In this document: positions 10,274-19,025 of the stretch, piece by piece
Position numbering within the stretch: the stretch's first letter is position 1
How the letters are laid out: each line of letters opens with the position of its first letter
The notes under the pieces: model-generated
What the model was told of the DNA's origin: nothing
Databases searched by the model: none
The model's input: the letters and a program-made list of their open reading frames with translations, nothing else
DNA from: Spirochaetae bacterium HGW-Spirochaetae-1
GTDB taxonomy: Bacteria > Spirochaetota > UBA4802 > UBA5550
Length of the DNA stretch: 64,000 bases
Assembly: GCA_002839375.1 (NCBI GenBank)
Contig: PGXY01000009.1
Location: 64,080 to 128,079 of the forward strand
Direction: 5' to 3'
Program-made: the position numbers and the translations under genes

Positions 10274-12028
10274 ATGGGATCAATGAAAACAAATTTTATG
10301 AGCGTATTTCTTGTCATGCCAATTATTTTCTGCCTGCTGCTAACGGCCTGTGATTCCGGTGATACGTCTCTTCTCGGTGATGATTCAAAACAGATCACCA
10401 ATGTCGGCAGTGACTTGTCCGGTGATTCTGACAGCGTGGATGCCGGTGACGGGACCTATGATTATTCTTATAACGATTCAATCCTTATTCCCTCAACTGT
10501 AGATAATGAAACCATCAACATCGCCGCGAATATATTCATTCCCGTTGAAAAAAAAGACGGTGAAATTTTTCCCGTCATCATATTCATCAACAGCTGGGCT
10601 CTGGAAGAACATGAATATATTATGCAGGCCAAAAAATTCGCCAAAAAAGGCTATGTTGTTTTGAGCTATTCGTGCCGAGGCTGGGGCGTTTCCGGTGGAA
10701 AGATCCAGATGGGCGGTGATATCGACTGGATGGATTTCAGCACTATCGTGGACTGGCTTGGTGAAAATGCCCCCATTGACGAGCAGAACATCGGGGTATG
10801 CGGTTCCTCGCTTGGAGGCGGCGGCTCACTGCAGGCCATAGCCCATGATGAACGCATCAAGACCGCTGCGGCCACAAGCCCCTACATAGATCAGTTCAAG
10901 AGTATGTATTCCCAGGAAACGCCGCGCCTGGTCTGGGCAAGCCTGCTTATCTTCAGCGGCGCCCTGATGGGACGTATCTCGCCCTGGATGCTGGACCTCT
11001 ATGAATACACCCTGACGGGAACAAATATTGATACTGTCTATGAATTGACCTGGGACCAGGGTCCTATCAATTATATCGATGAAGTGAATAAGAGAAACTG
11101 TCCGGTATACGTCAGTTCCAACATGGGTGACTATGTATTTTTTTCTAATTTTGCCGTGGAATATTTCAACAATCTCAGTGTTGATCACAAGTTTCTTGAC
11201 CTGAACCAGGGGACCCATGTTTCAGCTGAGATGGGGGGAATTCTTGGATATAAGAACTACGTCTTCGATAATATCCATCTCTGGTTCGATCATTTCCTCA
11301 AGGGAGAGGATACGGGCATAACCGGGACGGACAGAACAGCGACAATTACCATGGAAGTGAAATTGACAAATGAGCGCATAGTCTACGAAAAGGAAAGCCT
11401 GAAGCATGTCGACGGCGATGCCGTGACCTACCAGTGGCCTCCGAAAAATGAAAGGAAAAAAGTTTTCTATTGCGCGCCGGGAGAAGAGGAAAACCGCGGT
11501 GTGCTCTCCATGGAAAAAAACACCGAGGAACAGATCAGTTCCATTATTTCCTTCTTTCTCACGGGCACAACAACGGGTATTCCCATTGTGTCTCCGATAC
11601 TGGAAGAGAACGGGACCCCCTTCACCGTGCCTCTCTGGAGCATGATACCGGCGAAATCAATGGTATATCTCACGGAAGAACTGGAAAGCCCGCTGTATAT
11701 GCGCGGTGTGCCTTCGGTCAACCTGCGCATGGCCCTTTCGGGCAAGCGGGGGCAGGTGGTGCTCTATCTCTTCGATGTCGATGAAAATAACAACGCTACG
11801 TTTATCACCCACACCTTCAAAACCTGGTGGAACGCCGTTGAGGGCGAAATCATGGACGTTCCCCTGGACTTCGTATTTAACGCCTATGATTTTGAAGCGG
11901 GCCACCGTCTGGCCCTGGCCATCGATACCTCGGACACGGAATACGGGGTTCCCACCATTTATCAGTACAAGGTTTCTTTTGTTCATGATGATGTGGACCA
12001 GATGGAGCTGAGTATTCCTGTGGAATAA
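10274..12028 (+). CDS. Secreted lipoprotein, CocE/NonD (X-Pro dipeptidyl-peptidase-like) alpha/beta hydrolase
   Basis: Lipobox LLTACDSG; nucleophile elbow GVCGSSLGGGGS (GxSxG); about 580 aa with C-terminal beta-sandwich-sized region. Confidence 0.7.
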   Translation: MGSMKTNFMSVFLVMPIIFCLLLTACDSGDTSLLGDDSKQITNVGSDLSGDSDSVDAGDGTYDYSYNDSILIPSTVDNETINIAANIFIPVEKKDGEIFPVIIFINSWALEEHEYIMQAKKFAKKGYVVLSYSCRGWGVSGGKIQMGGDIDWMDFSTIVDWLGENAPIDEQNIGVCGSSLGGGGSLQAIAHDERIKTAAATSPYIDQFKSMYSQETPRLVWASLLIFSGALMGRISPWMLDLYEYTLTGTNIDTVYELTWDQGPINYIDEVNKRNCPVYVSSNMGDYVFFSNFAVEYFNNLSVDHKFLDLNQGTHVSAEMGGILGYKNYVFDNIHLWFDHFLKGEDTGITGTDRTATITMEVKLTNERIVYEKESLKHVDGDAVTYQWPPKNERKKVFYCAPGEEENRGVLSMEKNTEEQISSIISFFLTGTTTGIPIVSPILEENGTPFTVPLWSMIPAKSMVYLTEELESPLYMRGVPSVNLRMALSGKRGQVVLYLFDVDENNNATFITHTFKTWWNAVEGEIMDVPLDFVFNAYDFEAGHRLALAIDTSDTEYGVPTIYQYKVSFVHDDVDQMELSIPVE

Positions 12029-12049
12029 ATAATGCCAAGCGGCCCATGA

Positions 12050-12513
12050 AACGATACAGGTATACAAACCTATCATATAACGGGATTATACGGCGATATT
12101 AAATACTCTCCCTATCAAAACCGGCAGCAAGGCCTGAGTGTGGCCTTTTCACTGGGGGGTGGTTTTGCGTATCTTGGCGATGAGACAAAAGATTATTCTT
12201 ATAAATTTGACGCATCGGGATTTTTCAGCTATATCATCAGCCCTTTCTTTACGCCCTATTCACTTTTGCGGTTCTCACATTATAAACTGGATGGCTTCAA
12301 AAATCCAGATGATGATGAATGGTTTGGTGACATTGGTTATGCAAACTGCTATTTAATGGAAATGGGCGCCGGTGTTCAGCTTTTCTCAAGTTCATGGGTT
12401 AGTCTTTTTCTTGAGGGCGGGAGATTGATCAATCTTCATGGGGACGTTGGCGAGAATATAGGAAAATCCTGACTGGTAGGTCTGGGCGTGCAGTTCAAGC
12501 TGTAGAAATATTT
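12050..12513 (+). pseudogene. Possible degraded outer-membrane beta-barrel gene remnant
   Basis: In-frame translation from 12050 gives beta-strand-like segments (GLSVAFSLGGGFAYLGDE, AGVQLFSSSWVSLFLEGG) with no start or signal peptide. A different frame just downstream reads LVGLGVQFKL-stop, which looks like a terminal OMP strand, implying a frameshift. The ORF-track piece is 12140..12472. Confidence 0.3.
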
Positions 12514-12528
12514 ATTGTAAATGCGAAT

Positions 12529-12577
12529 AAAAAGGGGTCAGAGCCTCATTACAGTCCAAGGCTCTGACCCCTTTTTT
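12529..12577. terminator. Bidirectional rho-independent terminator
   Basis: AAAAA-AGGGGTCAGAGCC-(14-nt loop)-GGCTCTGACCCCT-TTTTTT. Perfect 13-bp stem flanked by an A-run and a T-run. Confidence 0.6.
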
Positions 12578-12595
12578 AAAGGTATCATTAATCTA

Positions 12596-12624
12596 TTGAC
12601 AAATTTCTGTAAAAGTGTTATCTT
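12596..12624 (+). promoter_or_regulatory. Putative sigma70 promoter for vapBC
   Basis: TTGACA (12596-12601), 17-nt spacer, TATCTT (12619-12624). RBS GAGG at 12645-12648, ATG at 12653. Short inverted motif TCATAT..ATATGA around the -10/+1 could be an autoregulatory operator. Confidence 0.4.
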
Positions 12625-12652
12625 TACATCATATCTGTAATCATGAGGTAAT

Positions 12653-12898
12653 ATGATACGCACCCAGATACAACTGACGGAACAACAGGCTGAATCCCTA
12701 AAAAAATACAGCGCCGAGATGAATGTATCCATGGCAGAGCTGATTAGGGATGCCATAGACAATCTCATGACCACCCGCGTCGTCATTTCCGATGCGGATA
12801 AAAAGAAAAAGGCCATGGAAGCAGCAGGCCGATTCAGGTCCGGGAACCGTGATCTTGCCAGGGACCACGACTGGTATCTGGCGGAAACCTTCGAATAA
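12653..12898 (+). CDS. vapB: Ribbon-helix-helix antitoxin (VapB/CopG-like)
   Basis: 81 aa, N-terminus MIRTQIQLTEQQAESLKKYSAEMNVSMAELIRDAI. Its stop overlaps the start of the downstream PIN gene (TAATGG). Confidence 0.7.
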   Translation: MIRTQIQLTEQQAESLKKYSAEMNVSMAELIRDAIDNLMTTRVVISDADKKKKAMEAAGRFRSGNRDLARDHDWYLAETFE

Positions 12899-13314
12899 TG
12901 GTCACTTTCATCGACACATCGGCATTTCTGGCGGTCCTGAACTCCGATGATGAATATCATTTACCGGCTAAAAAGTTCTGGATTAAAAGCATTGAGACGG
13001 ATATCTCCCTTATCACCACTAATTATGTCCTGGTAGAAACAGCGGCGCTGCTCCAGGCGCGGATCGGCCTGGAAGCCCTGGAGGTTTTTCATGATGATGT
13101 GGTGCCCCTTGTGTCCATCCACTGGATTGATGAGGCCATGCATAACGTCTCAATGGCGGCCCTTCTCACGGCGCGGCGAAGGCAACTTAGTCTCGTGGAC
13201 TGCGCCAGTTTTGAATGCATGCGCCGAAGGGGAATCAGGCGGGCCTTCACGCTTGACACTCATTTTCGGGAACAGGGATTTCAGTGCTTTCCTGATGAGG
13301 CGCCGTCGTCCTGA
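12898..13314 (+). CDS. vapC: PIN-domain ribonuclease toxin VapC
   Basis: 138 aa. Acidic residues at PIN positions (FIDTSAF, VLVETAAL, LVDCASF, TLDTHF); translationally coupled to the upstream RHH gene. Confidence 0.8.
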   Translation: MVTFIDTSAFLAVLNSDDEYHLPAKKFWIKSIETDISLITTNYVLVETAALLQARIGLEALEVFHDDVVPLVSIHWIDEAMHNVSMAALLTARRRQLSLVDCASFECMRRRGIRRAFTLDTHFREQGFQCFPDEAPSS

Positions 13315-13410
13315 CCTCTGCAGATAATTCCACAGTCTTTCTTCCACCGGCATCGGGAGAGGGCTGCTGGTTGGAAATTGCAAAATAATCATGGGGGAAA
13401 TCCTGAAAAT

Positions 13411-13445
13411 ATAGAGAGGGGTCCGGGGCTCTGACCCCTCTCTAT
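13411..13445. repeat. GC-rich hairpin sharing a 13-nt core (GGCTCTGACCCCT) with the terminator at 12529..12577
   Basis: Stem ATAGAGAGGGGTC / GACCCCTCTCTAT (13 bp), loop CGGGGCTCT. The string GGCTCTGACCCCT occurs at 12560-12572 and again at 13427-13439, bracketing the vapBC cassette. Confidence 0.45.
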
Positions 13446-13540
13446 ATGATTTCTTCAATAATCCATTTAGTGTCATACCTGCCATTCCAGAGCAAAAACA
13501 TATTATTTTCATGATTCCTGTGGGACCGGCCATGGAAGTA

Positions 13541-13569
13541 TTGACAAAAGAAATCAAATATCCTACAAT
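13541..13569 (+). promoter_or_regulatory. Consensus sigma70 promoter (TTGACA-17-TACAAT) for the CheY-like gene
   Basis: TTGACA 13541-13546, exact 17-nt spacer, TACAAT 13564-13569. RBS AGGAG 13591-13595, ATG 13602. Confidence 0.6.
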
Positions 13570-13601
13570 TTGCCTGATCAAATCCCATTCAGGAGTTAGT
13601 T

Positions 13602-13976
13602 ATGGCCAAAACAGTGATGATTATAGATGATGCCCAGTCCATGCGCCAGGTTGTTTCCCTGTCGCTCAATGATGCCGGTTACACCATTATCGAGGCTGCC
13701 GACGGCGTGGATGCCCTGCAGAAGCTGAAGGGAGACGTCGTGGACATGTTTATCTGCGATGTGAATATGCCCAACATGGACGGCATGACTTTTCTGAAAA
13801 CTGTACGGAGCGATGCTGAGTATGGCGATTATAAATTTACGCCCTTTATCATGCTTACCACGGAGATCGGCGAGGATATTAAAAAAAAGGGAAAGGAACT
13901 GGGCGCCAACGCCTGGATCGTAAAGCCCTTCAAGCCGGATCAGCTTATCGATGCCGTGAAAAAACTTATGAAGTGA
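13602..13976 (+). CDS. Single-domain response regulator (CheY-like receiver)
   Basis: 124 aa; MIIDDAQSMRQ...FICDVNMPNMDGMTF...WIVKPFKPDQL; phospho-acceptor Asp and the receiver K present. Confidence 0.85.
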   Translation: MAKTVMIIDDAQSMRQVVSLSLNDAGYTIIEAADGVDALQKLKGDVVDMFICDVNMPNMDGMTFLKTVRSDAEYGDYKFTPFIMLTTEIGEDIKKKGKELGANAWIVKPFKPDQLIDAVKKLMK

Positions 13977-13994
13977 CGCTGACTTAATTTATCT

Positions 13995-15014
13995 TCATTT
14001 CCCCTGTATTGTCATTCCCGCATGTTTTCTGGAAATATGGCCGTGCTCATGTAGCCAGCGTATGGTATCGCCATAAGTGGACGCAGGGTCACGGAAGGCT
14101 GTTCCGCATGTTTTAAGTGTTTTTTCACTGTCCACTTTCCGCCACTGTGTGACATACCTCATCCCTTCATGGGTCAGGGGAACATTCAGGGGATGGATGC
14201 GGCTCAACAGGTCGGTTACGGCGCCTGCTCCCCGAAGAAAAAATCCTGGCATTTGAAAAGTATGAACCCTGCGGCCTGTGATGGATTCAAGAAATACAGC
14301 CAGTTCCCGCCACGTCTTGTAGATGCCCCCGACAGGATAATATCCCGGTGTCCCCGCGCCTTCGAGAAGACGCACATGGATCATGGCCAGGTCACGCACA
14401 TCCAGGGCCTGGAAACCCGTGGAGGTGAGAGGCACTCCCCTGGTGAGAAAGTTCATGACACCGTAGTTCGATTCGCTCAGGCCCGGGTCCTGGGGCCCCA
14501 CGACCGCCGTGGGGTAGGTAATGCGGATGGGATTTCCGTTTCCCAGATACTTTCGGACCAGAATATCCGAATCGGCCTTAGACCGTCCGTAAGCGCTCCC
14601 CGTCGTGACTACAGGGCTCCTCTCATCAATGGGCGCCGAAGACGGGCTGAAGAGAACCGTGATGCTCGATACATGGACTATGGACTTCAAAGACCTGCGG
14701 CATGCCTCGTCCATGACATGCCCGGTACCCGTCCTGTTGGTGTGCAGCATTTCATCTTTCTTTGAATGGTCCATGGATACCATGGCAGCGGCGTGGAATA
14801 GGGCGTCGCAGGTATCCATGCATCGCGCCACGGATGCTCGGTCCAGAATGTTTCCATCAACCATTTCCGGAGCCTCGCAATGCAGTTCACGGAACACGCG
14901 CTGTGCCTTTTCCCTGCTGCGTACGAGCATGCGCACCTGGTGTCCCTCTTCAACGAGGGACTTTACCGTATGGGAACCGATGAACCCGGTCCCTCCTGTG
15001 ACCATGACCTTCAC
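13995..15014 (-). CDS. NAD-dependent epimerase/dehydratase family protein (extended SDR)
   Basis: N-terminal Rossmann motif MKVMVTGGTGFIGSHTVKSLVEEGHQVRMLVRS. Plus-strand ORFs 14169..15216 are antisense shadows. Confidence 0.8.
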   Translation of the reverse strand: MKVMVTGGTGFIGSHTVKSLVEEGHQVRMLVRSREKAQRVFRELHCEAPEMVDGNILDRASVARCMDTCDALFHAAAMVSMDHSKKDEMLHTNRTGTGHVMDEACRRSLKSIVHVSSITVLFSPSSAPIDERSPVVTTGSAYGRSKADSDILVRKYLGNGNPIRITYPTAVVGPQDPGLSESNYGVMNFLTRGVPLTSTGFQALDVRDLAMIHVRLLEGAGTPGYYPVGGIYKTWRELAVFLESITGRRVHTFQMPGFFLRGAGAVTDLLSRIHPLNVPLTHEGMRYVTQWRKVDSEKTLKTCGTAFRDPASTYGDTIRWLHEHGHISRKHAGMTIQGK

Positions 15015-15030
15015 GGGAAGTACGGCAGTC

Positions 15031-15444
15031 TCAGTTCTTGCATTCGCCGGTACGGCGTCCCGAGATTTTTTGGTTGATGAGCGTCCCGTTCATGTTTGTT
15101 TTGATTACTCCGTCGAAGGTGGTTCCGCGATAGGTGATGGAACCCTCGCTGCGGGTAGTCCCCTGCTTGCCTTTGCATTCCATGACCCAGGTGTAGGTGC
15201 TGCCCGTAATATTTGACGAGATGAGTTTGCAGTCCTGGTTTTTTTCCGGTTTCTGCGGTGTCATGTTTTCCTTGGTCAGGCAGTGCGTATATTTAATTGC
15301 CGGCATGGCAAAGGGCATGCCGGGCATTTCGGTCTGGATACTCATTTCCCAGTTTCCTTCGTTCATGTTGACGGCTGAGATTACGGAAATGCCGAAGGTG
15401 AAGACACAGATAAAGGCCAGAAGGGCGATTCTTATTTTTCCCAT
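15031..15444 (-). CDS. DUF3617-family secreted/lipoprotein (hypothetical)
   Basis: Start chosen at MGKIRIALLAF (signal peptide; AGGAG 7 nt upstream). Motifs MPGMPFAMP, HCLTKENM, two Cys pairs and GRRTGEC match my recollection of the DUF3617 pattern. Confidence 0.6.
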   Translation of the reverse strand: MGKIRIALLAFICVFTFGISVISAVNMNEGNWEMSIQTEMPGMPFAMPAIKYTHCLTKENMTPQKPEKNQDCKLISSNITGSTYTWVMECKGKQGTTRSEGSITYRGTTFDGVIKTNMNGTLINQKISGRRTGECKN

Positions 15445-15584
15445 GAGATATCTCCTGTTATACATTAATAGCCATTACATCACCGCCAGGGGTGATGATG
15501 GCCTGAATAGTGGGGATGGGCGGAAAAATGTCAATACAAAATCAGGATGTCCCGGCCGAACGAATGTGGCCGGGATTCTTGTTT

Positions 15585-16676
15585 TTATTTTGTCCGGAAC
15601 AGGTTTTTGTAGGCGTGGTCGCCGTGCCGGGAGTTTTCCCTCTGTTCCATCCATTCCTTCTCGTTTTTGGGAACATTGAGAATTTCAGCAGCCTCCCGTT
15701 TCTTCATTGTAATGGCTCCCGTGGGGCAGGTGGATACGCAGAGACCGCAGCCTATGCACCGCTCGTTTATAACTGCTTCGGCATCAACGGTTATGGCCCC
15801 GGCCTGGCAGCGGTCCAGGCACATGCCGCATGCCGTGCACAGGGATTCATCGACGACGGCAAGGTAACTGGAAAATGCCGTGGCATTCAATGAACCCAGT
15901 TCATGCATGCCGCGCAGAACGCCGCAGCAACAGGCGCAGCAGTTGCAGATGGCAAACTGGCCGTTTTTAAAGTTATTGGTCATGTGAACCAGGCCCGCCT
16001 CTTCAGCCTTTTTAAGAATGGCAAAGGCCTCCTGTTTAGAGATGGGGCGTCCCCAGAAATAATCATTGAAATAATTATCGATAGGCGCGACACCCATGCA
16101 GACCTCCATGGGTTTGTCACAGCGATGGCCCAGGATGGCTTTTTCCTTTTTGCAGATGCAGTCGCCCACGGCCCAGGCTTTGGCGTTCTCGATGATGGCC
16201 GTGAGGCTTTCATAGGGCTCGATGGATGAGCGGTCCGGGACATCTTCTTCAATGGGAAGAACTTTCAGAAGGGGGGGATTGTGGGTGAAAAACTCCCTGC
16301 CGAAGATATGCCTCATATAGTCTTCGCACATTTCCGCCAGTTCCCGGTCGAGGCGGTTGAGCTGGAATTCGTAGATTCCGAAGACAAAGGGAAGAAGCTT
16401 GTAGAGGTGAACCGATCCGATTTTCGCGCCGAAGATCTGTCCCTTGTTCTGCATTTCCTGGAGTTTGTCCGTGAGATAGGCCGTGTCCATGCCGGTGCGG
16501 GCCGCAATGGCTTCGGGGGTCTCGAAATCGAGCTTCAGTTTCAGAGTTATATCGGCCTCTTCTTCCGTGAATATTTTTTTCAGTATTTTTATTTCCAGCC
16601 CGTCTTCCGTGGCGGGATATCCGTTTGGTATGGTGTCCAGGAGTTCTCTCAGGCGGTGGTAAATTTCGTCGTTCAT
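15585..16676 (-). CDS. 4Fe-4S dicluster ferredoxin-domain protein
   Basis: Two ferredoxin motifs, CTACGMCLDRCQAGAI and CIGCGLCVSTCPTGAI, plus additional Cys clusters (CNCCACCCGVLRG). Confidence 0.7.
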   Translation of the reverse strand: MNDEIYHRLRELLDTIPNGYPATEDGLEIKILKKIFTEEEADITLKLKLDFETPEAIAARTGMDTAYLTDKLQEMQNKGQIFGAKIGSVHLYKLLPFVFGIYEFQLNRLDRELAEMCEDYMRHIFGREFFTHNPPLLKVLPIEEDVPDRSSIEPYESLTAIIENAKAWAVGDCICKKEKAILGHRCDKPMEVCMGVAPIDNYFNDYFWGRPISKQEAFAILKKAEEAGLVHMTNNFKNGQFAICNCCACCCGVLRGMHELGSLNATAFSSYLAVVDESLCTACGMCLDRCQAGAITVDAEAVINERCIGCGLCVSTCPTGAITMKKREAAEILNVPKNEKEWMEQRENSRHGDHAYKNLFRTK

Positions 16677-16750
16677 GATTTCACCCTTTGATATTGTTTT
16701 TATGGGGCAAACATAACAGTGTTATGATAATTTGTCAACCATAAAGCTTT

Positions 16751-16799
16751 GTCCCGGTTAGTAGTGAACGGTTTCAAACCATTCACTACTAACCGGGAC
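16751..16799. repeat. 49-bp near-perfect palindrome (intergenic hairpin element, copy 1)
   Basis: GTCCCGGTTAGTAGTGAACGGTTTCAAACCATTCACTACTAACCGGGAC. Lies between the stop of the DUF3795 gene and a TTGACA-17-TATGTT promoter-like site for the ferredoxin gene. Confidence 0.5.
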
Positions 16800-16865
16800 A
16801 AAACCGTATCGAGCATTTACTATTTTTTGGCCTGCTCTTTGAGATGCTCCCGCCGTTCCTTTGCT

Positions 16866-17312
16866 TCAGACATAGCGGGGAATATCTTTTGTTTCCTCAT
16901 AGTAAGCTTCCACGCCGATTTCCTTCATGCGCGAATTCATTTTGAGCCAGCGGGTTTTTAGATTATCATCGAAATTTGTTTTTCCGCAGGGAAACTCGCC
17001 GCATTGGAAACAGAAATCAACATGCTTATCCCCGTAGCATTTTGCCACGCCGCAGTTGGGATATTTGCAGTCGCCGTAACGGCAGCCACGACATTCTCCC
17101 CCGGTAAAATGTTCCAGCATTGTTTTAAATTGCGGGTAGCTTTCGAAAACCGGCCAGAATCGGGAGAAGCGCTGCGCGTAGCCGTCGAATGATCCCAGCA
17201 GTTCCCTGAGTTTAATACTGTGATGCCTGATGTCGCCTTCAGCATTGGCCATGCATTTTCGGCAGTTCAGGCCGCACGGGGCCAGTATGTTCAATATTTC
17301 ATGGTAATTCAT
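16866..17312 (-). CDS. DUF3795-family cysteine-rich protein
   Basis: 148 aa with about 14 Cys in CGLNCRKC / CRGCRYGDCKYPNCGVAKCYG / CFQCGEFPCG arrangement. Confidence 0.6.
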   Translation of the reverse strand: MNYHEILNILAPCGLNCRKCMANAEGDIRHHSIKLRELLGSFDGYAQRFSRFWPVFESYPQFKTMLEHFTGGECRGCRYGDCKYPNCGVAKCYGDKHVDFCFQCGEFPCGKTNFDDNLKTRWLKMNSRMKEIGVEAYYEETKDIPRYV

Positions 17313-17373
17313 GGTCCGCTCCTTATGTTGCTGTTAAAGGAAAAAGCGCATAACGCTTATCAGGAAAAATAAA

Positions 17374-18348
17374 TTACTGCACCTGTTCAATGGGGAATTT
17401 GTCCGAATTGGATTTATTTGTTTCACCGATGCCGGACAATAACCCCAGTGACAGAATGATAACCAGCATCAGGAAAACATAGCCTGCCGTAAAGAGTATC
17501 GATGTAAGAATTTTCGGCGCCCTGGTAAAGTATTTAACCCATACACCTTCAACTATCCTGGCGATGGTTTTCGAGTCTTTACTGCGGTAGTTTTTAATGT
17601 GCATCATGACCATGTCGACAAAGCCTGCCGGGATATTATCAGAGAACGTAAGAGGAGCCGCATCATTGTCATTTTTCAGCTGGTTTGATATTTTCGCCAC
17701 CTGAATCGTCATGGGGATTGACAGTGATATCAACACAGCGAATGCGATGAGCATCCAGTCCTGAAAGGTTATGGAAATATAGAATAATAGCAGCACCGCG
17801 CCGGCCTTGAAGACGATCTCCAGGTTCTTGCTGCGGGAAAAAAGAATATTGTCAAAAAAATGTCCTCCGTCCAGGGGATATATGGGCAGAAGGTTGAATC
17901 CGTTTATCAATAATGATATGAAGGCATATTGATGCAATGCCTGATTTCCCGTGACCAGGAAAAGAAAACCTGTGGCAATGGCCAGAACGATTCCCGGCAG
18001 GGGCCCCATGATGGAGACGATGGCCTTCTGTTTCGCATCGGGATTGGTCACCTTCCCGGTCACGGCAGCGCCGAATAAGGGAATGAAAAACATGCTGAGA
18101 TTTTTGTATTTATACAGTTTCATGAAGACCATGTGTCCCATTTCATGGATGAAGATGACAAGCAAAATTATGATCGAATCCCGTATCGGGCTGTTGAGCA
18201 CGTTGAAACCGAGAAAAAGCGAAAGCGTTATAGCCAGCACGAGGAGTGATGTCAGCATGTTTTTCTTCGAATTTTTATTTCTTGCCAGCTCGGCCATGAC
18301 TGCGCTTGTTTTAGGGCTCAGGACTGATTGGTCGGTTTGTTCTGTCAT
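17374..18348 (-). CDS. Site-2 protease family (M50) zinc metalloprotease
   Basis: Intramembrane HExxH (IHEMGHMVF) and the LDGG motif (NLLPIYPLDGGHFF); multiple TM segments. Confidence 0.7.
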   Translation of the reverse strand: MTEQTDQSVLSPKTSAVMAELARNKNSKKNMLTSLLVLAITLSLFLGFNVLNSPIRDSIIILLVIFIHEMGHMVFMKLYKYKNLSMFFIPLFGAAVTGKVTNPDAKQKAIVSIMGPLPGIVLAIATGFLFLVTGNQALHQYAFISLLINGFNLLPIYPLDGGHFFDNILFSRSKNLEIVFKAGAVLLLFYISITFQDWMLIAFAVLISLSIPMTIQVAKISNQLKNDNDAAPLTFSDNIPAGFVDMVMMHIKNYRSKDSKTIARIVEGVWVKYFTRAPKILTSILFTAGYVFLMLVIILSLGLLSGIGETNKSNSDKFPIEQVQ

Positions 18349-18411
18349 TGGTGTTCCTTTTCTAGTGATAAATGTATTATAAACGGGGTTTTGCCCGTTA
18401 CGTGTTACCTG

Positions 18412-18942
18412 TTATGTGCGGCTATTCCAGTCTTTCTTTAACAATGAATAAATCACATAATCCTGGAAGCCGTCATTGATGTACACGGCGCATCTTTTAA
18501 TTCCTTCCTCGAAAAATCCCAGCTTCTCCGGTATGTTCCTGCTGCGGTGATTGTTCGTAGCGACGCCGATTTCAATCCTGTTTACGGCGCTTTCCCTGAA
18601 CAGGTAATTGATCAGCATTTTGCAGGCGCTGAACATGATGCTGTTACCCTGGTACTTTTCAGCGAGCCAGTAACCGATCTCGCAGGAAAAATTTGCTTCA
18701 TCAAAATGTTTTACAGAAATAAGTCCCGCCAGTTTGTTCCTGTGGAATATCCCCAGGGGCTGTTCTATTGGGTTGGTGATTCTGTCAAGAGCGCTTTGAA
18801 TGTCTTCGGGGCTTCTCGTTGCATCCACCCAGAACAGCCAGGGACGCAGGTAGTTCCTGCATTCCTCGATCAGGCTGAATAACTCATGCGTATCGGTACG
18901 CATGAGGGGTTTTAGTAAAATGTCTTTTGTTTTCAATTCCAT
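18412..18942 (-). CDS. GNAT N-acetyltransferase, RimJ/RimL-like
   Basis: 176 aa; EIGYWLAEKYQGNSIM...NRIEIGVATNNHRSRNIPEKLGF is typical of ribosomal-protein N-acetyltransferases. Confidence 0.75.
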   Translation of the reverse strand: MELKTKDILLKPLMRTDTHELFSLIEECRNYLRPWLFWVDATRSPEDIQSALDRITNPIEQPLGIFHRNKLAGLISVKHFDEANFSCEIGYWLAEKYQGNSIMFSACKMLINYLFRESAVNRIEIGVATNNHRSRNIPEKLGFFEEGIKRCAVYINDGFQDYVIYSLLKKDWNSRT

Positions 18943-18957
18943 GTTTTATATAAGCGC

Positions 18958-18998
18958 CCCGTCGTAGTGAACGGTTACAAACCGTTCACTACGACGGG
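18958..18998. repeat. 41-bp perfect hairpin (copy 2 of the palindromic element family), 16 nt upstream of the GNAT start codon
   Basis: CCCGTCGTAGTGAACGGTT-ACA-AACCGTTCACTACGACGGG. It shares a core of about 29 bp, GTAGTGAACGGTT.CAAACC.TTCACTAC, with 16751..16799. Confidence 0.5.
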
Positions 18999-19025
18999 AC
19001 ATCCCACATGACAAGGTCCTTATGA

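Noticed and set aside
14169-15216. Plus-strand ORFs overlapping the epimerase gene
   Set aside because: Antisense to a well-supported Rossmann-fold CDS. Products are Arg/Pro-rich with no motifs.
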